This document shows positions 59,176 to 64,000 of a stretch of DNA of 64,000 nucleotides, piece after piece. The position numbers were made by a program, and so were the translations under genes. The number at the start of each line of letters is the position of its first letter. The stretch's first letter is position 1. The DNA is taken from the sequence record DRR723986_5550; one strand, given 5' to 3'. Under the pieces are notes generated by a model, which made no database searches, was not told where the DNA came from, and saw only the letters and a program-made list of their open reading frames with translations.

Positions 59176-60443
59176 TTCAGGTGCACCTTGGCAAAGCGGC
59201 GTTTGCCTACTTGAATGACATAACTGCCCTTGCCAAGGCGTGTGGCCTTGTCCGACATCTTCTCTCCGTCAATTTTCACCCCGCCTTGCTGAATGTTGCG
59301 GTTGGCGTCGCTGCTGCTTTCGCAGAGGTTTGCAGCTTTCAGAATCCAGGCCAAACCGGCGTCTGAATCGCCTTCAGGCAAATTCAGGCTCACTTCGGGC
59401 ATGTCCTCGGGCAACGCGCCTTGCTTGAAACGTGCTTCGAATTCAGCCAGTGCATCGATTGCGGCCTGAGCGCTGTGGAATCGCGCAACCAACTCTTGGG
59501 CCAGTGCAACCTTGGCGTTGCGCGGGTTCTCTCCTTTGGCGCAGGCCTGTTTCAGGTTTTCAATCTCAGCAAGGGATTTGAAGCTGAGCAGGGTATACCA
59601 GTTCCACATCAGTTCATCCGAAATGGACATCACCTTGCCGAACATATTGGAAGGTGTTTCGGTCACGCCGATGTAGTTGTTCTTGGACTTCGACATTTTG
59701 TCGACACCATCGGTGCCCACCAACAGTGGCATGGTCAAGATGCACTGCGCACTCTGGCCGTTTTGCTTTTGCAACTCCCGGCCCATCAGCAGGTTGAATT
59801 TCTGGTCAGTACCACCCAACTCCAAATCGCTTTCCAATGCCACCGAATCGTAGCCCTGCAACAGTGGGTATAAAAACTCATGAACAGCGATGGGTGTGCC
59901 TGATTGATATCGTTTGGTGAAATCGTCCCTTTCAAGCATGCGCGCCACGGTGTAGCTGCTGGCCAGGCGGATCATGCCGTCTGCACCCAGTGGCATCAGC
60001 CATTTGCTGTTGAACTCAATTGCAGTGCGTTGTGGATCCAGAATTTTAACGGCCTGCTCATGATAGGTTTTTGCGTTTTCCTGCACCTGCTCCTTGGTCA
60101 ATGGTGGACGGGTGCTGTTGCGACCCGAAGGATCGCCGATCATCGACGTGAAGTCACCAATCAAAAAAATGACTTGATGGCCCAGATCTTGCAACTGACG
60201 AAGCTTGTTGAGCACCACTGTGTGACCCAAATGAATGTCGGGTGCCGTGGGGTCCAAACCCAATTTGATGCGCAGGGGTTTGCCTGTTTTCTCGCTGTGA
60301 ACTAATTTTTGAATCCATTCGGTCTCAATCAACAGTTCTTCGCAGCCACGCTTGGTCACTTCTAGGGCGTGCCGGACGGAATCAGATAAATTCTCAGTAA
60401 TTTCCGTAATTTTGGGGGGCCTTCTATCAGGTGACTGGTTCAT
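59172..60443 (-). CDS. tyrS: Tyrosine--tRNA ligase
   Basis: [35 protein letters not shown]4 domain [10 protein letters not shown] 60443. Confidence 0.98.
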   Translation of the reverse strand: MNQSPDRRPPKITEITENLSDSVRHALEVTKRGCEELLIETEWIQKLVHSEKTGKPLRIKLGLDPTAPDIHLGHTVVLNKLRQLQDLGHQVIFLIGDFTSMIGDPSGRNSTRPPLTKEQVQENAKTYHEQAVKILDPQRTAIEFNSKWLMPLGADGMIRLASSYTVARMLERDDFTKRYQSGTPIAVHEFLYPLLQGYDSVALESDLELGGTDQKFNLLMGRELQKQNGQSAQCILTMPLLVGTDGVDKMSKSKNNYIGVTETPSNMFGKVMSISDELMWNWYTLLSFKSLAEIENLKQACAKGENPRNAKVALAQELVARFHSAQAAIDALAEFEARFKQGALPEDMPEVSLNLPEGDSDAGLAWILKAANLCESSSDANRNIQQGGVKIDGEKMSDKATRLGKGSYVIQVGKRRFAKVHLN

Positions 60444-60550
60444 TTGGCAATCCTTTGTTACACTCTGGCAAACTTCAGTGTTGTATTTTTGAAAATAAAG
60501 CTGATTGTGGGCGATCGGCGCGTGAAATTTCACACCTTTAAAACTAAAAC

Positions 60551-61960
60551 ATGATGCTTCAGAATTTATTAGAGCGAGCAATCGCCGCGTGGGGACAGGG
60601 CTTATCTCTTACCAAGCGCTTTATTCAGTCGGGGTGGCAATATGCCGACTCCGCGCTTCCCCAATCTCACAATCATAGAAAGTGGGTCATTGTAGGGTTT
60701 TTTTCATTCCCTGTTCTTGGTGCAGTGGTTGCAATCGCCGGCTCTGTTCAAAATTCCCCTGTGGATTCCGCTCTGATCAATTCTGATGTGGTGGTTGAGG
60801 CGGTTGAACTCAATCTGGCTGATCAGGGTGTGTACACCTTTGACCCTCTGGTTGCAGAGGAACGGATTCGACGGGGTGACACCTTGGTGGGCCTGTTGGA
60901 GAGAATGGGTGTCAACACCGCAGGTTTGGCTACATTTCTGGGACAGGACAAAACAGCACGTAATTTGGTGAATCTGAGAGCCGGCCGTGTATTGACAGTT
61001 CAACAAACTGCGGATGGCGATTTACAGTGGCTCCGTTACAAAAGCGGCATTGATGAAGACAGCCAGGAGTCGATCCTGATTCAAAAAATCAATGGTCAGT
61101 TTGTCGCAAAGCTTGAATCCGTAAATTTTGAGAAACAAATTGTATTCCGCTCCGGACGGATTGAATCCTCTCTATTCGCAGCCGCGGACAAGGCTGGAAT
61201 GCCTGACTCTGTTGCGATTCAGCTTACGGAAATTTTTGGATCAGACATCGACTTTCACCGTGAATTGCAAAAAGGCGATGAGTTCAAAGTGGTGTACGAG
61301 GACCTCACACTCGAAGGTCGCTCTGCCCGTTCTGGACGTGTATTGGCTGTAGAGTTTGTCAACAACAACAAACCTCACAAAGCCTACTGGTTTGCGCCAA
61401 GCGGCAACCGGAACGCCGGTTACTACAACGAAGACGGTCGCAGTCTGAAAAAGTCTTTTCTGCGGTCTCCATTGGCTTTCTCCCGAATCTCTTCTGGTTT
61501 CACCCCGCGTCGTTTTCACCCAATTCAGCAGCGTTGGAAGGCCCACAATGGCGTGGATTATGCGGCGCCAACCGGCACGCCAATCATGGCTACGGCCAGC
61601 GGCACCGTGAAGTTTTCGGGCTGGCAAAACGGTTACGGCAATTTCGTGGAAATTCAACACCACAGCGGCTACAGTACTGCCTATGCGCATCTTTCCCGTT
61701 TTGCAAAAGGCGTTAAGGTGGGTCAAAAGGTGGAGCAGGGTGACGTGATCGGCTACGTAGGGGCCACAGGCTGGGCAACCGGACCACACCTGCATTATGA
61801 ATTCCGGGTCAACCGGGTTCCCAAAAACCCCTTGAGCATCACTGTTGCTCAAGCCGAGCCGCTGGATCGTAATTCTTTCAGTGAATTCAAGCGAGTTCAA
61901 ATGGCGCTGGATCGCAGGATGGAATTGGCCACCGCTCAACGTTTGGCTCGTGCCCAGTAA
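60551..61960 (+). CDS. M23 family peptidoglycan DD-endopeptidase (MepM-like)
   Basis: TM anchor, LysM-like [19 protein letters not shown] (HxxxD), [13 protein letters not shown] (HxH). Confidence 0.93.
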   Translation: MMLQNLLERAIAAWGQGLSLTKRFIQSGWQYADSALPQSHNHRKWVIVGFFSFPVLGAVVAIAGSVQNSPVDSALINSDVVVEAVELNLADQGVYTFDPLVAEERIRRGDTLVGLLERMGVNTAGLATFLGQDKTARNLVNLRAGRVLTVQQTADGDLQWLRYKSGIDEDSQESILIQKINGQFVAKLESVNFEKQIVFRSGRIESSLFAAADKAGMPDSVAIQLTEIFGSDIDFHRELQKGDEFKVVYEDLTLEGRSARSGRVLAVEFVNNNKPHKAYWFAPSGNRNAGYYNEDGRSLKKSFLRSPLAFSRISSGFTPRRFHPIQQRWKAHNGVDYAAPTGTPIMATASGTVKFSGWQNGYGNFVEIQHHSGYSTAYAHLSRFAKGVKVGQKVEQGDVIGYVGATGWATGPHLHYEFRVNRVPKNPLSITVAQAEPLDRNSFSEFKRVQMALDRRMELATAQRLARAQ

Positions 61961-61962
61961 TC

Positions 61963-63081
61963 ATGATCGCTTTGGGCGCCATGTCTGGCACCAGCACAGA
62001 TGGTGTTGATGTTGCGGCGGTCCAAATAGACTCAAAAACTCAGGAAATGCGATTTCTCGGTGCGACCAGTGCCGAGTTTCCGCAAGATTTGAGGGACACC
62101 CTTTTACTGCTGCAACACATCCCACCTTGTTTTCCGACCGAATCTGACCCAATCGCAATTTTCCTCCAGACTCGAAAAGAGTTGACTGAGCTGTATGCCA
62201 ACACGACCAATGAGCTGCTGTTGTTGTTGGGACTGGAGCCTGGTGATGTTCGGGTATTGGGGGCGCATGGTCAAACCCTTCGGCATCGCCCCGATCTTGG
62301 ATACACTTATCAGATGCTCGATGGCGCCCTGCTGGCCAGTAGAACAGGTATTGATGTGGTCAATGACCTGCGCTCAAAAGATGTTGCGCTGGGCGGGCAA
62401 GGTGCACCGCTCGTTCCTGCTTTTCACCAAGCCTGGCTCAATGGCAAAGGCATTTACGACCGAACTGCTGTGTTAAACCTTGGTGGATTCTCCAACCTCA
62501 CTGTGCTTAACGGTCAGGGGCACGCGCTCACCGGCGGTGATTGTGGCCCAGCCAACTGTCTGATGGACCTATGGGCTCAGCGTGCGTTTGAATTACCGAT
62601 GGACAACGACGGCGAGATTGCCGCCATGGGAAGTCCTGACAGCGCTTTGCTCGAGAAATTGTGGACACATTCTTTTTTTCATCAGGCCTGGCCAAAAAGC
62701 ACGGGTAGGGATGATTTTAGTGCACGCTGGTTTGACGGTTGTATTTCGGATTCGACTGATCTCGCGTCCGAGGACATCATGGCGACCCTGCTGAGCTTGG
62801 CTGTGAGGGCTGTAAAATCTTGTTTGCCTGTGTTGGTTGAGCAAGTGTACGTATGCGGCGGTGGTGCGAAAAACAGCACTTTGATCAATCAATTGCGCTG
62901 TGAGTGCGCCCCAGCTGACTTTTTCCCGATTGAAAATTTGGGCTTGCCCGCCCAGGCCGTTGAGGCAGCTGCTTTTGCCTGGCTCGGAGCGCAGTATGTA
63001 TTGTCGTCGGTGGGTAACTGCCCCTCGGTGACCGGTGCGAGCCGCCCCGCCATTCTGGGTGCCTTACACACGGCGTTGTAA
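61963..63081 (+). CDS. anmK: Anhydro-N-acetylmuramic acid kinase
   Basis: GAMSGTSTDGVD, HGQTLRH, GGQGAPLVP, NLGGFSN, DCGPAN, PKSTGR, EAAAFAWL. Confidence 0.96.
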   Translation: MIALGAMSGTSTDGVDVAAVQIDSKTQEMRFLGATSAEFPQDLRDTLLLLQHIPPCFPTESDPIAIFLQTRKELTELYANTTNELLLLLGLEPGDVRVLGAHGQTLRHRPDLGYTYQMLDGALLASRTGIDVVNDLRSKDVALGGQGAPLVPAFHQAWLNGKGIYDRTAVLNLGGFSNLTVLNGQGHALTGGDCGPANCLMDLWAQRAFELPMDNDGEIAAMGSPDSALLEKLWTHSFFHQAWPKSTGRDDFSARWFDGCISDSTDLASEDIMATLLSLAVRAVKSCLPVLVEQVYVCGGGAKNSTLINQLRCECAPADFFPIENLGLPAQAVEAAAFAWLGAQYVLSSVGNCPSVTGASRPAILGALHTAL

Positions 63082-63100
63082 GCTGACCACTCAGTGGGAA

Positions 63101-64000
63101 TTAGCTGGTCAGTAGTGAGTTGCTGCCCAGGGTCTTGGTATTATTCCCCGCATTTTCTGTTGGCCCATTGAATGCATTCTGGTTCTTTTCGCGGGCTGGA
63201 AACAACTCGGAAATTACACCCAAGCTGACATCGGTATGGCCTGGAATCACTGGAATTCGAATCATTTCACGTGCGAATTCAACTTGCGGATTGTTTTCCA
63301 AACTTGCGTTGTAAATCAAAATACAGCAGGGTTCATAGTCGAGCAAAGAGCCTAATAGCTTAAGCTGCTCGACCGCGTGTGTTTTTTGAGCAGGGTCGCC
63401 CGCATAAAGAATGTACACAGGTGACATTCCCTTGCGCAGCGCGCTTAGGTAGGCGCGATACGCACCGTTCAGGCTGAATTCGACTTTGTCAAATCCCTGC
63501 ATCGGGAGTCGCCGCTGAATTTCCAGCAGTTGATCGTGGTTCATGGCCATGACCTGTGCTTCAAACACAGCTTGGGTTTCGAAAGTGGGGAGCTTATTGT
63601 GGTGACTTACTTCGGCTTCCTCCGGCAATATCACTTCAAAAACTGAGCCAGCCAATTTGCCGTTGTAGTAGCGGTTGCGGCATTCTGTTTTTGCGAGAAT
63701 CAGTTCGCTCAGGTCACGAACGATGCTGGAGCCATGTCCCCAACCTTTGTTATGGGCGGCTACTTTGTTGTTCTCAACACCCGAGCCAGTATCTACGATT
63801 TGAATACATACCCGTCCTTTTCGCCTCCGCAGACCCACCACTACACCCCCTTTGTTGGTGTATTTGATCGCATTGTCCAGGCCGTTCCGGATGATCTTGG
63901 CCAATGCCTCTTTGTTGCTCATGACTGTCACTTCGCTTGGGACGTAGCGAATTTGAAGATCTTTGACATTGGCCAGCATCCTGTACTCCTCAATCAACGG
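63101..64000 (-). CDS. Sensor histidine kinase, C-terminal part (HATPase + degenerate receiver-like domain); 5' end outside window
   Basis: N-box NGLDNAIKYT..GGV, G1 DTGSGV, deviant G2 KGWGHG, GSVFEVILP; frame is open to the window edge. Confidence 0.8.
   Translation of the reverse strand, partial: PLIEEYRMLANVKDLQIRYVPSEVTVMSNKEALAKIIRNGLDNAIKYTNKGGVVVGLRRRKGRVCIQIVDTGSGVENNKVAAHNKGWGHGSSIVRDLSELILAKTECRNRYYNGKLAGSVFEVILPEEAEVSHHNKLPTFETQAVFEAQVMAMNHDQLLEIQRRLPMQGFDKVEFSLNGAYRAYLSALRKGMSPVYILYAGDPAQKTHAVEQLKLLGSLLDYEPCCILIYNASLENNPQVEFAREMIRIPVIPGHTDVSLGVISELFPAREKNQNAFNGPTENAGNNTKTLGSNSLLTS

Noticed and set aside
63082..63112. Inverted repeat CTGACCA...TGGTCAG at the anmK/kinase convergence
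   Set aside because: The arms are short, the loop is long, there is no U-tract, and it partly lies in coding sequence. It is too weak to call a terminator or an element end.

Overview
This is a gene-dense stretch of core chromosome from a betaproteobacterium of the Burkholderiales. Gene order and moderate GC are compatible with Limnobacter-like organisms, but that assignment is an inference. About 60 CDSs are supported, in order: 3' end of cydA, cydB, a DUF442 sulfurtransferase, an SRPBCC gene, ridA, a hybrid histidine kinase with a PhnD-like binding protein, murI, rsmA-pdxA-surA-lptD, amgK-murU-pepP-ubiH-nudL-cobD/ampE-like, rsgA-phhB-M48, orn, MATE-ArnT-like-rpmE2, groESL (perfect CIRCE plus a sigma32-like promoter), a membrane peroxiredoxin-like gene, an orphan dctP divergent from dctS/dctR-like genes, an OmpA-like gene, ClC, a DEAD-box helicase with a long repeat tail, a lipoprotein, dacB, elaB-yqjE-yqjK-like, ubiD, a lytic transglycosylase, an aminotransferase, maeB, a patatin, a pabB-pabC fusion, a DUF1504 antiporter, mgtE, a GT2-DUF2064 fusion with DUF3047, a small beta-barrel OMP, ribE-ribD-nrdR-glyA, a histidine phosphatase, tyrS, an M23 peptidase, anmK, and a truncated atypical kinase. 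I saw no rRNA, tRNA, CRISPR array, transposase, prophage or defence island. The most interesting signals are regulatory or architectural. (1) A ~225-nt five-hairpin 5' leader with competing pairings precedes the lytic transglycosylase gene. (2) A TGTGG..CCACA-type motif is shared upstream of dctP, maeB and a lipoprotein, a candidate DctR regulon. (3) A single-chain TIGR04283-TIGR04282 glycosyltransferase fusion sits next to DUF3047, without radical SAM or arsM partners in the window. (4) An interleaved +/-/+/- four-gene block has a 12-bp spacer with an SD-like sequence on each strand. (5) Two solute-binding proteins lack transporters and are paired with sensor kinases. All family calls are from motif recognition, not database searches.
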